Below are positions 35,975 to 46,770 of a DNA stretch of 48,823 nucleotides, one piece after another. A program made the position numbers and the translations under genes. Origin of the DNA: an uncultured Clostridia bacterium. GTDB taxonomy: Bacteria; Bacillota; Clostridia; JAAYHZ01. Under the pieces are notes generated by a model. It had not been told where the DNA came from. It saw only the letters and a program-made list of their open reading frames with translations, and ran no database searches. Where the stretch lies: contig CALCRE010000060.1 of NCBI GenBank assembly GCA_937894465.1, forward strand, positions 1 to 48,823, in the 5' to 3' direction. The first letter of the stretch is position 1, and each line of letters starts with the position of its first letter.

Positions 35975-36475
35975 TTACAATTGTTCCAACTGATGAATAA
36001 CATCTTCAAGCAATTGCTCGATGTTTTTATCCTCACCTACGGCGGTAATATCGGCGTATTGTTCATACAACGGAGCCCTTTCCCGGTAGATGTCTTGCAG
36101 TGTTTGTCCCTTCCTTTGAACAATTCCCCTGGTGGAGATATTATTAATTCGTCTTATCATCTCGGAATAGGAGATTTTCAAATAGACGATGATTCCCGTG
36201 TCTTTTAAAGCCGTCATAGCTTTTTTACTGTACACCACACTTCCCCCTGTTGCAATGACACTGTTTTTAAATGTTGTTTCGCAAATATACTTTTGCTCAA
36301 TATCTAAAAACCCGAAAGTGCCTTCTTGATCGATTATTTCTTGTAGTAACCGCCCCTCTTTTTGTTGTATAAGAATATCGGTATCGACAAAATTCATTCC
36401 TAAAGTTTTTGCCGTCAAAACACCTAATGTACTTTTTCCTGCACCGGGCATACCGATGAACACAATGTTTTTCAT
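35975..36475 (-). CDS. aroK: shikimate kinase
   Basis: P-loop GMPGAGKST and shikimate kinase core. 166 aa. Confidence 0.85.
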   Translation of the reverse strand: MKNIVFIGMPGAGKSTLGVLTAKTLGMNFVDTDILIQQKEGRLLQEIIDQEGTFGFLDIEQKYICETTFKNSVIATGGSVVYSKKAMTALKDTGIIVYLKISYSEMIRRINNISTRGIVQRKGQTLQDIYRERAPLYEQYADITAVGEDKNIEQLLEDVIHQLEQL

Positions 36476-36638
36476 CTGCTACCTTCCTTTTTTTAGTGTT
36501 TTTAATATTATCACAGGCAAATGTACAGTGCAATATTTTAGATTGATTCATGAAATTTCTTGTGACAAGTGGATCTTTTTCCTTTATTATGGTACATATG
36601 TATTACATGTTATCGGGTGTATAACCAGGAGGTATTTC

Positions 36639-38495
36639 ATGAAAAACGAATTCAGCAAATTATTAGGACCAAAAATTGGGCATTTGGATTTTGAAATTGT
36701 ACCTGACCAAGGAGACCCTTTAAATTTAGATTCATATGTTATTAAAATCAGTAGGTTTCAAGACGGATGGATTGTCACCGGAACATATGCAGACATGAAA
36801 ATACAATGGACTTTTAAGCCGATCGCTTTAGGTTGGCAGGTGAACCTATCCGTCAATCATTCCGTACCTAAGGGATTAAAGTCCATCACCGCTTTACAGT
36901 TTGATTTTAATACAGGCGACGAAGATATGGATCATTGGCTTGTTCCGGTCTCCGGAAACCATGTATCCAACACCGGTTTTGTGAATGTAAAGAATCTGTC
37001 CGGCTACAAAGCCAAAGCAACCGGTATTTTCAAAGATGGCAACTATAAAGGAATCTTTTTATCCGCCATATACCCCCTTTCATATAGTGTTAATTGTACC
37101 GCTTCCAAAACAGGTACGGAACAATTACATTTTATCGCCCAAACTCAATTCAACCCGAACCATAAAAGTGCATTTCATCAAAGCGAATCTTTTTGGATTT
37201 GTACGGACTCTAATATGAAAAATGCAGTGGAAGCTTATGCTTCCTTGTACAAGGAATATCAAGTCGACAAAGCGGATATTCCCGTAGGCTGGAACTCCTG
37301 GGATTACTATTATCGCACCGTTTCACTTGAGGATGTGATTGAAAACATGGAGTTCATCCGAAAAGATCCGGATTTATCCGAAAATATCAAATACATAACG
37401 GTGGATGACGGGTGGAACCATAATTGGGGTGAATGGCAACCGAATTACCGATTCCCCGGAGGACTGGAGAGGTTAGTGAAGGAAATTTCCGATCGAGGTT
37501 TCATACCCGGCATTTGGACTGCTCCCTTGCAAGTGGAATCTCTTTCAACTCCTGCCATGCGTACACCTGAAATATTAATCAAAAATCAATATGGAGATCC
37601 TTTACCTTCGGATGCCGGAGGCCACTATCTGGTGGATCCTACAAGCCCGGGAGGACGGGGATTCCTCCAAGAATTGTTTGCAAGGCTGTATGACTTAGGT
37701 TTTAGGCTTTTTAAGGTGGACTATGTCAGAAGTCTTTTAAAGGTAAATCAATTTTACGAAGAAGGTGTCGGACCTTACGAAGCACTACGGGAACTGTTTC
37801 GAATCATCAGAAGTTGTGTCAAGGACAGTCACATCATCGGTTGCTCTCTGCCGGAGGAGTGTGGTCCTTTTGTTGTTGATTCCGGTCGTATCACCATCGA
37901 TATACATAATCAGTGGAGTCATGTGGAATGGGTAACCGATTCCATCCTCCATAATTATTGGATGCATAAAAAAATATGGATCAATGATCCGGACTTTTTA
38001 GTTGTACGGGGACTGGATACATCTTTTGAAAAAGAAACCAATGTCACCAATCCCGCTGCGAACAATCCTAACCCCGGTCGTTGGCGGTCCGGTCCTGTCT
38101 TTAACGAAGACGAAGCAATGACATGGACAAACATGGTGATCATGTGCGGTGGCAATGTGTTTTTAGGAGACAGGTTGTCTAAGCTAAACGATAAAGGTTT
38201 GTCTTTTGTTAAAAAAGCCTTAAAACCCTCCGGTATTTCTGCAAAACCATTGGATTTAGGAGATGACTTGAGACCCTATTTTTGGTTGCAAGACTTGGGT
38301 ACTTCCTATCGTCTCATGGTTGTAAACTGGAAGGACACAGAGCATGAGTTTTGCTTTGACTTTACAAAATACCGGCTAACCGCCCCGAAACAGCTAACGG
38401 ATGATTGGAGCAAACAAATACACCAAACACTGGGCGGAAGATTGAACGTTTTCTTAAGGCGTCATGAAAGCATATTGGTGCAATGGGAAAAATAG
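36639..38495 (+). CDS. alpha-galactosidase (melibiase, GH36/GH27 clan-D-like)
   Basis: Start at the internal ATG (MKNEFSKLL) with AGGAGG 6 nt upstream. Motifs ITVDDGW, GIWTAPL and FKVDY. Confidence 0.75.
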   Translation: MKNEFSKLLGPKIGHLDFEIVPDQGDPLNLDSYVIKISRFQDGWIVTGTYADMKIQWTFKPIALGWQVNLSVNHSVPKGLKSITALQFDFNTGDEDMDHWLVPVSGNHVSNTGFVNVKNLSGYKAKATGIFKDGNYKGIFLSAIYPLSYSVNCTASKTGTEQLHFIAQTQFNPNHKSAFHQSESFWICTDSNMKNAVEAYASLYKEYQVDKADIPVGWNSWDYYYRTVSLEDVIENMEFIRKDPDLSENIKYITVDDGWNHNWGEWQPNYRFPGGLERLVKEISDRGFIPGIWTAPLQVESLSTPAMRTPEILIKNQYGDPLPSDAGGHYLVDPTSPGGRGFLQELFARLYDLGFRLFKVDYVRSLLKVNQFYEEGVGPYEALRELFRIIRSCVKDSHIIGCSLPEECGPFVVDSGRITIDIHNQWSHVEWVTDSILHNYWMHKKIWINDPDFLVVRGLDTSFEKETNVTNPAANNPNPGRWRSGPVFNEDEAMTWTNMVIMCGGNVFLGDRLSKLNDKGLSFVKKALKPSGISAKPLDLGDDLRPYFWLQDLGTSYRLMVVNWKDTEHEFCFDFTKYRLTAPKQLTDDWSKQIHQTLGGRLNVFLRRHESILVQWEK

Positions 38496-38514
38496 ATAAA
38501 AGTAAGAAAACAGG

Positions 38515-38985
38515 ATGAGAAGAAGTGACAGAGAAGTTGTTGATGTTACAAAAATCAATGAAATTATAAAGAAATGTAAATGCTGCAGGCTTGGTTTCAA
38601 CGATGAAGGAAAAGTATATATCGTTCCTCTTAATTTTGGATTTTCCGTGGAAGACGGTAAAAGAGTATTCTATTTTCACAGTGCAAAGCAAGGGCATAAG
38701 ATTGACTTGATAAAGCGTTCTCCTGCTATAGGCTTTGAAATGGATACAAGCTATGCATTATTAGAAGCCGATAGTGCATGCAATTTTTCCGCCGGATATC
38801 AAAGTATCATTGGTAACGGTAATGTGGAAATCATTGAAGAAAGCTCTGAAAAACAACATGCCCTTCACGAGATTATGATTCACAATACCGGAAAGAAAAA
38901 CCGGGATTTCAATCAGGCAATGTTGGATTCAGTTTGTGTTTTTAAGTTAATTGTAGAAGAACTGTCATGTAAAGAAAATAAATAA
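38515..38985 (+). CDS. pyridoxamine 5'-phosphate oxidase-like FMN-binding (NimA/Pyridox_ox_2-like) protein
   Basis: 156 aa, split-barrel-like, family assignment from overall similarity. Confidence 0.6.
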   Translation: MRRSDREVVDVTKINEIIKKCKCCRLGFNDEGKVYIVPLNFGFSVEDGKRVFYFHSAKQGHKIDLIKRSPAIGFEMDTSYALLEADSACNFSAGYQSIIGNGNVEIIEESSEKQHALHEIMIHNTGKKNRDFNQAMLDSVCVFKLIVEELSCKENK

Positions 38986-39001
38986 AAATGAGGTTTTATA
39001 C

Positions 39002-40330
39002 ATGTTTATGATGTCAGCAACGGAACTTATTTCGCAGATTCGAAATAAATGTATCGGCGTAGAAGAACTTACAAGAGCATATGTAGAACGAATAGAGAAA
39101 TATGACGGAATTAACGGATTAAATTCTATAGCGGAATTAAATGAGAACGTCATAGAGCAAGCAAGATTTATGGATTCAGTAAAAGATGACCGAGGTAAAG
39201 CAATGTTTGGGCTACCTGTTCTTGTGAAGGACAATATTGATGTTTCAGGATTACATACCACTGCAGGTAGCCTTGCATTAGCAGATCATATCGCTAAAAC
39301 CGATGCTCCCATCGTTGCGAATCTGCGTCGCAACGGGGCTTTAATATTGGGAAAGACCAAAATGACCGAATTTGCAAACTATACCGGCAAAAACATGCCC
39401 GGTGGATATAGCTCCGGTGGAGGCCAGGTTAGAAACGCATATGATCGCGCAAAAAATCCAAGCGGGTCTAGTTCCGGTTCGGCTGTTGCCATGTCGGCAG
39501 GTTTTTGTTCCGCATCCATTGGTACGGATACTTCCTTTTCCATTGTTGGGTGTGCCACAGAAAACGGTGTTACAGGACTAAAGCCTACACACGGTTCTTT
39601 GTCATCCGCCGGCATCATACCTATCGCTACAACCCTTGACAGTGCAGGGCCAATCACTAATAATCTGTCCGACGCACTTATGGTATATTCTTGCATGAAA
39701 GACAAGCACTTACAACCAATTGAACCAAAAGCACCGGACAAAATCAATCTTGCGATCAATATATACAACCGGGATCAGGTTTCCCAAGCACAACTCGAAA
39801 GATATGATACTGTGTTGAATGCACTAAAGGCAGACCATGTAAGCATTACAGAGGTCAATCATGCTGATACCAAATATATGCGTGACATCATGCGTTGTGA
39901 ATTTCGACACGACCTTGAAGAATATTTATCCCTATCCGGTGCCCATCGAAAAACTCTTGAGGAAATTGTCAACTATTATGAAGCAAATCCTGATCAAATG
40001 ATGAAATATGGTATTGCATACCTACAGGACGCATTACACTCCGCTTCAAGGAAACTTGACGATAAAGCATATATAGAAGCGATGTCCGCACGAAAGAGAT
40101 TAAAAACAATAATTACTGAGAGTTTGCAAGCATATGATGTCTGCTTGATGACAGGTCCTACAAATATCATGCATTTTATCGGGTTGCCATCTGTTGCGTT
40201 AAGGCTATGTATGTCCGAAGATGGAACTCCCAGGGGTATGATTTTATACGGAGCTGACGAAAGACGGCTTTTTGCGGCGGCATTGACAATCGAACGGTAT
40301 GGTGCTCCCATTCCTATGCCAAAACTTTAA
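39002..40330 (+). CDS. amidase signature (AS) family amidase
   Basis: GGSSGGSAVAMSAGF motif and a KxxxxxxDN...S core. 442 aa. Confidence 0.85.
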   Translation: MFMMSATELISQIRNKCIGVEELTRAYVERIEKYDGINGLNSIAELNENVIEQARFMDSVKDDRGKAMFGLPVLVKDNIDVSGLHTTAGSLALADHIAKTDAPIVANLRRNGALILGKTKMTEFANYTGKNMPGGYSSGGGQVRNAYDRAKNPSGSSSGSAVAMSAGFCSASIGTDTSFSIVGCATENGVTGLKPTHGSLSSAGIIPIATTLDSAGPITNNLSDALMVYSCMKDKHLQPIEPKAPDKINLAINIYNRDQVSQAQLERYDTVLNALKADHVSITEVNHADTKYMRDIMRCEFRHDLEEYLSLSGAHRKTLEEIVNYYEANPDQMMKYGIAYLQDALHSASRKLDDKAYIEAMSARKRLKTIITESLQAYDVCLMTGPTNIMHFIGLPSVALRLCMSEDGTPRGMILYGADERRLFAAALTIERYGAPIPMPKL

Positions 40331-40349
40331 GTTTTTTAAGCTGTGACTT

Positions 40350-41939
40350 TTATCGACAGCTATCAATCACCTTTTGGATTTGCCATATGTATTCATTGTT
40401 TCTACAAAACTCAATGCTTTCCATGAGTTTCTCATATGTTATATTATAATCGAAAAACGAATTGATTTGACTACGCAGTTTAACCTCTTCTGTAAGTGTA
40501 TATCTAAATTCATCAAGTTTCATCAACCGATCCATCTTTAACAAGAAATGATCCTCTTGTTCGATTACGCTTTTCATAATTAATTCGGAAAGGGGTAAGC
40601 AAGCGTTGTTCTGTGTGATCTTTTCCGTATAGTATTTTTCTTGATAGTTAATATACAGGCTATCCGAAATTAAAACATCGGTATCAACGGTATAGCTCTC
40701 GAGCAGTGATGAAAAACTTCTTGTTGTTTCATCTCGGTACAATATTTTTGTTTGAGGATCCCTCTTGTAATGCACATCCTCGATACCGTATTTGATCAGG
40801 GCATTGGCATCAGGGTCGGAATACAACCAATCGATGTATTGTACAGCTTGTTGCGGTTTTTCACAGTTTGAAGATACTGCAAACATAAATTGCCTACTTT
40901 GTCCTTTATAAACTGAACGATCATATTCGGTCAAAATATGAACATCATATCGATCACGATCAAAAACGCTACTATCAGCACTGAGAAAAGATCCGTAACT
41001 CATGACTCCGGCAACCAATCCGTTAAAATTGTCCTTCAGAGAATTTTGCACGGCATTTAACCCTGCCGATATCCTGTTTTCCTCAAATAAAAGTTTGTAT
41101 TCGAAAGCCTTCTTTAAAAAATCAGTGTCATCCACCCGTAAGACATTGCACTCCGGATCCTTTATTTCGCAAAAATACATATACGGTATTGTAGGAAAGA
41201 TGTTATAGTATCCTAAGCTATATAGAAGATGAGTCATCACATCGCTGTTATTGAATATGATTCGATCGTTTTCCACAAGTAATTTCTTATCGTTCAATTC
41301 AACACAAGCATTTATTGCATCTTGAACAGAGGTAAATACATTCGTGCTTAATTGTCCTACCAATCCTTTATCGATCACAAACACCGGATTGCTTGAAAAC
41401 AAATCATGCATATAGATGCCATAGACTTTATCGTCGTATCCCATTAATGGTTTTACACTTGGATTGATTTCATACAGGGTGGAAAGATAAGGAGTTCTTG
41501 CGTTGATATATGAAGTGATCTCCTGTACATAACCGTTTTTTACATGGTGTGCCAAATCTGTAGGAACAGGTGTATTAGAGCTCATTTTGACCTCATGGTA
41601 ACGGTTCATCAACAGATACAGATCCGGTCCCATTCCTGCTGCAATACTTTCGTACAAAGCGTTATAGTAATTCATCATATATAAGTCTTGGTATAAATCC
41701 GTCGTAAGAAGTTCAACGGTCACCCCCAAATAATCTTTGCTCAAGGAGTTCAATTGATCAAACACAGCAATGTAATCTTCTTTAAATAGACCATAGGGAT
41801 AACAAAAAGTGATCACATCTTGTGGTGATTGTCTGCCGGGTATAGGGTTGGTTTGACTCTCTTTTATATGCCCTTCGGGCGTACATCCAAAAAAGAATAG
41901 TAAGCAAAGAAGAATGGCGATATAACCGGTCTTTTTCAT
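40350..41939 (-). CDS. large extracellular solute-binding lipoprotein (second orphan family-1 SBP)
   Basis: Signal peptide with lipobox FFFGC. The start is likely M8 (MKKTGYIAILL...), with AAAGGAGA upstream. Confidence 0.7.
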   Translation of the reverse strand: MKKTGYIAILLCLLFFFGCTPEGHIKESQTNPIPGRQSPQDVITFCYPYGLFKEDYIAVFDQLNSLSKDYLGVTVELLTTDLYQDLYMMNYYNALYESIAAGMGPDLYLLMNRYHEVKMSSNTPVPTDLAHHVKNGYVQEITSYINARTPYLSTLYEINPSVKPLMGYDDKVYGIYMHDLFSSNPVFVIDKGLVGQLSTNVFTSVQDAINACVELNDKKLLVENDRIIFNNSDVMTHLLYSLGYYNIFPTIPYMYFCEIKDPECNVLRVDDTDFLKKAFEYKLLFEENRISAGLNAVQNSLKDNFNGLVAGVMSYGSFLSADSSVFDRDRYDVHILTEYDRSVYKGQSRQFMFAVSSNCEKPQQAVQYIDWLYSDPDANALIKYGIEDVHYKRDPQTKILYRDETTRSFSSLLESYTVDTDVLISDSLYINYQEKYYTEKITQNNACLPLSELIMKSVIEQEDHFLLKMDRLMKLDEFRYTLTEEVKLRSQINSFFDYNITYEKLMESIEFCRNNEYIWQIQKVIDSCR

Positions 41940-42166
41940 TTTCACGGTATCTCCTTTCATGGTATGAAGAGTTCATTTCTTGATAAGGTATGTTTTTACT
42001 ATATCACACCAATTGATTTGCCGTCAACATTATCTTCCATTTCTTGCATACCATTGGGATGCATCTTGCTTCGTTATCTCCCTCATTACGTGTAGGCTGT
42101 GTATTGTGTATCTGCTCCTTTGGGTATATAATAAAACAATAGTTCTGGTCTTTTGTTCAATTTGGA

Positions 42167-44569
42167 GTGGATATGGAGAAGGTTCAACACAATGTCAATG
42201 TAAAAACGCTAGTGGAGTTCGCCATACCGGTGCCCCTTGTCATACGCCCCGGTCTATTTAATGACGCCGCTATGGAAGGGATCCGGTTACACGGCGAATT
42301 GTCCGAGGAAATGGCTTCGTCGACAAGCCCGGATCTTTTTGAAAAGGAAGTTACCGTCTCTCACGTAATTGAAACCGAATTAATCGTACTTGAGATCTCC
42401 GGAAGAATCGATGCAATCCAATTCGATGACTCAGGAAATGCCACATTGTTTGAATACAAGACCGTTTTATACACTGTAGAGGAATGCCAACCGGAGCTCA
42501 TACAAAGGTATCATGCCCAATTGAAATGTTATGCCTATTTTTATGCATTAGAAAATGACTTGACTTATGTTGATACAGAATTGGTTGTTAAAAGCAGAAC
42601 GGATAAATCCAATCATAGCATACCTATAAGGTATGCAAAACAAGACCTGAAGATCTTTTTTGATGACTTGGTCCGTCCCTATTTTGAGGACCTTGAAAGT
42701 CACATCCTACGGGTGACCAAAAGAAATCTCGCCATAAAAAGCACCGATTTTCCTTTTGCCAAACATCGAAAAGGTCAGTACCACATGATGAAATACGTGT
42801 ACAAAACAATACGAACCGGTACTCTGTCATTTATACAGGCCCCTACGGGAACCGGAAAAACCTTAGGTACTCTTTTCCCGGCCGTCAAAGCCTTAGCAGA
42901 AGATTTAACGGATAAAATCATTTACCTGACAGCCAAAACCACAACTGTTTCCGTCGCTAAGAAAACCGTGGAGTTGATCCTCTCCGGAAAGCGACACATC
43001 AAGACATGTATCATTACAGCCAAGGAAAAAAGCTGCCCTCAAACCGAATACAATTGTAATCCGAAATACTGCGAAAGAGCCGCTAACTTCGACTCTCATA
43101 TGAAAACTGCATCTCGCCGTGCATTGGAGGATTATGATTTATTTGACAGGGATACGATCGATATGCTGGCCTCTAAGTATCGAGTATGCCCTTTTGAGCT
43201 TTCATTGGAATTAGCCTATCAAACGGATATCGTCATATGCGATTACAATTATGTATTTGATCCTTTGGTACAATTAAGGAAGTTTTGTAAGCCGCCATAC
43301 CGGATTTCCCTGTTGATCGATGAAGCACACAACCTAGTGGAGCGGTCAAGGGACATGTATTCGTCCAAGCTGTCCAAAAAGCAAGTGCGCAGTGTTTATA
43401 CCATGCTAAAAGATCATTTCCCGGAGGAAGCAAAGCACTTGAAAAATATCAATAAGCTTTTTTTAGTCTACAAAAAGCAATATCATTTGGATGAAAAGAT
43501 CAAGCCGGCTGCTACCGACGACACATCTCCCATGGAAATGATATTGGAAATTGAAGAATTTTTGCGAAAAACCGAGAATCTTTTTGATGCTTTGAATACA
43601 CCGGAAGAAAGAAAAGCTTTTTCCGAATTTTTCGGTGAACTATTTCGCTTTTACAAAATATCAAGCTATTTTGACGAAGATTTCAGGACGATTTATACCC
43701 TCGAGAAAAAAGATGTCACAGTTCATATTTATTGCATCAACCCCTCCAATCATTTGATGAATATATTAAAACACATGAAATCCACGGTCTTTTTTTCTGC
43801 CACCTTGTCCCCTTTTGAGTACTACAGCACCATGCTCACAGGCAACCCCGTACAAAACATAGCCAACCTTCCCTCGCCTTTTCCGAAGGAAAACTTATTG
43901 GTACTCATAGAAGCCGGTATCAAAACCACGTACCGGGCTCGAGGTGAATACATTCAATCCGTCGTGAATCTCATTCACGAATGCACATCTCAAAAGACTG
44001 GAAACTATATGATCTTTTTCCCCTCCTACACGTATATGAAAACGGTTACTGAAAGTTATAAAGAACAGTTTCCCCTAGATCAAATCATAATGCAGCAAAA
44101 TGATATGAGCGAAGAACAAAGAGATGAATTCATATCAAGCTTTACCGAAAACCCCGAAACCACCTTGTTGGGATTCACTGTGACCGGAGGGATCTTTTCA
44201 GAAGGTTTGGACCTATATGGAGACCGGTTGTCCGGTGTCATTGTAATCGGTGTGGGTATGCCCGGCATATGCACTGAAAGGGACTTGATTAAACTATATT
44301 ACAACGCAAGAGGAAAGCATGGGTTTGATTTTGCATACACCTATCCCGGGATCAACCGCATATTACAATCGGCAGGAAGAGTGATTCGAAGCGCAAGCGA
44401 CTACGGCTTTATAGCCCTTGCTGACCATCGATATGCAACAAGCAAATACAAGGGCTTCTTCCCTGCTCATTGGCATCCGGAATTTATTCGGGACACTTCT
44501 TCCGGGCAAAGGATCCGTCAATTTTTCCATGAACATGAAGCAAATCTTGATTACAGTGCCAATACCTGA
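42167..44569 (+). CDS. N-terminal PD-(D/E)xK (RecB/Cas4-like) nuclease domain fused to an XPD/DinG-family FeS DNA helicase
   Basis: Nuclease motifs GRIDAIQF, LFEYKT and YHAQLKCYAYF. Helicase Walker A QAPTGTGKT, DEAH box LIDEAHNL, a 4-Cys cluster (CPQ...CNPKYC...CPF) and QSAGRVIRS. Candidate promoter TTGTGT-17-TATAAT upstream. Confidence 0.8.
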   Translation: MDMEKVQHNVNVKTLVEFAIPVPLVIRPGLFNDAAMEGIRLHGELSEEMASSTSPDLFEKEVTVSHVIETELIVLEISGRIDAIQFDDSGNATLFEYKTVLYTVEECQPELIQRYHAQLKCYAYFYALENDLTYVDTELVVKSRTDKSNHSIPIRYAKQDLKIFFDDLVRPYFEDLESHILRVTKRNLAIKSTDFPFAKHRKGQYHMMKYVYKTIRTGTLSFIQAPTGTGKTLGTLFPAVKALAEDLTDKIIYLTAKTTTVSVAKKTVELILSGKRHIKTCIITAKEKSCPQTEYNCNPKYCERAANFDSHMKTASRRALEDYDLFDRDTIDMLASKYRVCPFELSLELAYQTDIVICDYNYVFDPLVQLRKFCKPPYRISLLIDEAHNLVERSRDMYSSKLSKKQVRSVYTMLKDHFPEEAKHLKNINKLFLVYKKQYHLDEKIKPAATDDTSPMEMILEIEEFLRKTENLFDALNTPEERKAFSEFFGELFRFYKISSYFDEDFRTIYTLEKKDVTVHIYCINPSNHLMNILKHMKSTVFFSATLSPFEYYSTMLTGNPVQNIANLPSPFPKENLLVLIEAGIKTTYRARGEYIQSVVNLIHECTSQKTGNYMIFFPSYTYMKTVTESYKEQFPLDQIIMQQNDMSEEQRDEFISSFTENPETTLLGFTVTGGIFSEGLDLYGDRLSGVIVIGVGMPGICTERDLIKLYYNARGKHGFDFAYTYPGINRILQSAGRVIRSASDYGFIALADHRYATSKYKGFFPAHWHPEFIRDTSSGQRIRQFFHEHEANLDYSANT

Positions 44570-45549
44570 TTCCAAATGCTCTCTACCACAGGTATTCCTT
44601 TTTCCATGTTTTCTTTTCTCATGTGGCTTGTTCCCTCTCCCGGGTATCGGACCCGGTCAAAACCATCCAAAAGCTCCGTGTCATGAAAATCGTCAAGGAC
44701 CTGGTTAATTCTTTCAGACATTTCGCTATGTCCCGGTAGTCTGGATAAATCAAATGCGGTAAATACCTGGGATATACCATGTTCCGTTTCTTGTTTGCCA
44801 AGCTCGGAAACACAACGTCCTCCGGAGAGAACCATGGAAATCAAATCAATAACCAAAGCCAATCCGGCACCTTTCCAATATCCGATGGGCAAAGCCAACC
44901 TGGATTCAAGAATTTTCCCGGGATCATTCGTCAAATTTCCTTCGGTATCATAACCTCCATTCATTGGTAGCATCTCATTGTTCAATTGATATGTTCTCAT
45001 TTTCCCATAAGAGAATTGAGAAATCGCAATGTCTAAAACCACATGTCCTCCCTCCCGAGGGATGGAAAACACAATCGGGTTGTTTCCCAACTTAGCCTCT
45101 TTTCCGCCCCAAGGTGGAATTGCAGGAAGCGCTGTGGTCCAGCATAATCCCACGCATCCTGAGTCTGCAGCCTGCCATCCGTATGTGGCACCTCGCATCC
45201 AATGATTGGAGTTTTTCAAAGCGACACAACCGATTCCGTTTTCTTTGGCCAATTCCACAGCACGATTCATGGCAAATGTTGCGTTGATCATACCGGGGCC
45301 ATATTTAGCATCCCATCTTTCCATGGCACCAAATGCCTCCACTTTCACCGGTTGCGATGAAATATCGATAGTTCCTTTTTGCAACGATTGTATAAAAGAA
45401 GGGAAACTGTTTAATCCGTGTGAATAGACTCCGTCCCGACTGTTTTCAGTAAAAATCCGAGCACAAACTTGTGCTTTTTCCATTGAAAATCCGTTCTTTA
45501 ACAAAACACGGTTAAATTCTTGAAACATTTGCTCATAGGTTACTCTCAT
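44551..45549 (-). CDS. Ldh2 family (malate/L-lactate/sulfolactate-type) NAD(P)H dehydrogenase
   Basis: 332 aa of Ldh_2 type. It lies 15 nt downstream of the ATPase gene, so the same operon. Its 3' end overlaps the helicase gene's 3' end by 19 nt. Confidence 0.75.
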   Translation of the reverse strand: MRVTYEQMFQEFNRVLLKNGFSMEKAQVCARIFTENSRDGVYSHGLNSFPSFIQSLQKGTIDISSQPVKVEAFGAMERWDAKYGPGMINATFAMNRAVELAKENGIGCVALKNSNHWMRGATYGWQAADSGCVGLCWTTALPAIPPWGGKEAKLGNNPIVFSIPREGGHVVLDIAISQFSYGKMRTYQLNNEMLPMNGGYDTEGNLTNDPGKILESRLALPIGYWKGAGLALVIDLISMVLSGGRCVSELGKQETEHGISQVFTAFDLSRLPGHSEMSERINQVLDDFHDTELLDGFDRVRYPGEGTSHMRKENMEKGIPVVESIWNQVLAL

Positions 45550-45564
45550 CTTTTTTCTCCTCTT

Positions 45565-46770
45565 TTATTCCTCTTTACTTTTCAAATTTTCGATGAATTG
45601 ACGGGCGATCCTGGGCGATCGTCCGCTTACCGCAAAACGTTCCGCTTGTTTTTCCAATTCATCGTCACTGATTTCAATTTGGTATTGTTCCTTCAATTCC
45701 CGTACGATTCTCAAGTAAGTCTCTTTGTTGGGTTTGAAAAAACCAACTGTTATACCGAATCGGGCTGACAAGGAGGTCAGCTCCTGTATGGTTTCATTTC
45801 GGTGGACATCGTCCCCTTCCCTGTCTGAGAAACGCTCTTTGATTAAATGTCGCCTGTTACCGGTTGCGTATATGACGATATTTTCCGATTTTGCATACAC
45901 AGAGCCTTCTAGAACAGCTTTTAATGCATAGAAATCATCATTTTCTTGGGAAAAAGACAAATCATCGATGAACAGAATAAATTTCAAAGGATTTCCGTGG
46001 AGTTCTTCGATACATTCATGTAGGTATCCGACCTGTTTTTTCGGTACTTCAATTAATCGTAATCCCGACTCGTAATATTCGTTCACAACTGCTTTGACAG
46101 TAGATGATTTACCTGTACCGGCATCTCCGTATAGAAGAACATTAGAAGCAGGCTTTCCATTTAGCAACGCTAGAGTATTGTCAATGACAATTTTGCGTTG
46201 AGATTCATAACCTTTCAAATCGGACAGTTTGACTGGATCCGATGTTTTAACAGGAGTAATGGCTCGATCCCTTATAATGAACATCCGGTACTTGGAATAG
46301 ATGCCTACACCCTTTTCCCGAATATGCCTCATTCGTTCTTCATAAATAACTTTAAAGTCCACAAGAGACGATTTCCATTCCGGCAAGTACCCTTGATACT
46401 TGATCCTCTCCTTGATGTCCTTTGCTGATAGTCGGGATAACTCCTCTAATAACGACAATTCTTGAGATAGACATTCAGTAAGAGACGGATCAATAATGAT
46501 ATGGTTGACCCGTTTGGTTACATAGTTATTATCGCTGGATAAAACAAGCTGCAATACATATTTAGTCCAATCGTCAGTAGATTTAAAAAGCTCATGGGCA
46601 AAAATTGCATATGTTTTTACCCCCTCAACAACATCATCATTGTTGAGTTTCAATAGCTCCATGGCCTTTTTCACGACAAAATCATTCAATATATCGTGAA
46701 AAAGGACCAAAGAGTTCATTTTTATGTGTAATTCTTCTATATAGTCCAATCGTTTGGTTATTCCTTTCAC
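45565..46770 (-). CDS. DUF815/COG2607-type AAA+ ATPase
   Basis: Walker A GDAGTGKSS and Walker B ILFIDDLSF. It overlaps the upstream SPFH gene by 4 nt. Confidence 0.7.
   Translation of the reverse strand: MKGITKRLDYIEELHIKMNSLVLFHDILNDFVVKKAMELLKLNNDDVVEGVKTYAIFAHELFKSTDDWTKYVLQLVLSSDNNYVTKRVNHIIIDPSLTECLSQELSLLEELSRLSAKDIKERIKYQGYLPEWKSSLVDFKVIYEERMRHIREKGVGIYSKYRMFIIRDRAITPVKTSDPVKLSDLKGYESQRKIVIDNTLALLNGKPASNVLLYGDAGTGKSSTVKAVVNEYYESGLRLIEVPKKQVGYLHECIEELHGNPLKFILFIDDLSFSQENDDFYALKAVLEGSVYAKSENIVIYATGNRRHLIKERFSDREGDDVHRNETIQELTSLSARFGITVGFFKPNKETYLRIVRELKEQYQIEISDDELEKQAERFAVSGRSPRIARQFIENLKSKEE

Noticed and set aside
35821-36036. 71-aa ORF overlapping the 3' end of aroK
   Set aside because: It overlaps aroK in another frame, has no RBS and has a low-complexity sequence. 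It is likely spurious.
36456-36638. Upstream in-frame extension of the alpha-galactosidase ORF (61 extra residues)
   Set aside because: The extension is hydrophobic junk across the divergent promoter region. The internal ATG at 36639 has a perfect AGGAGG RBS.
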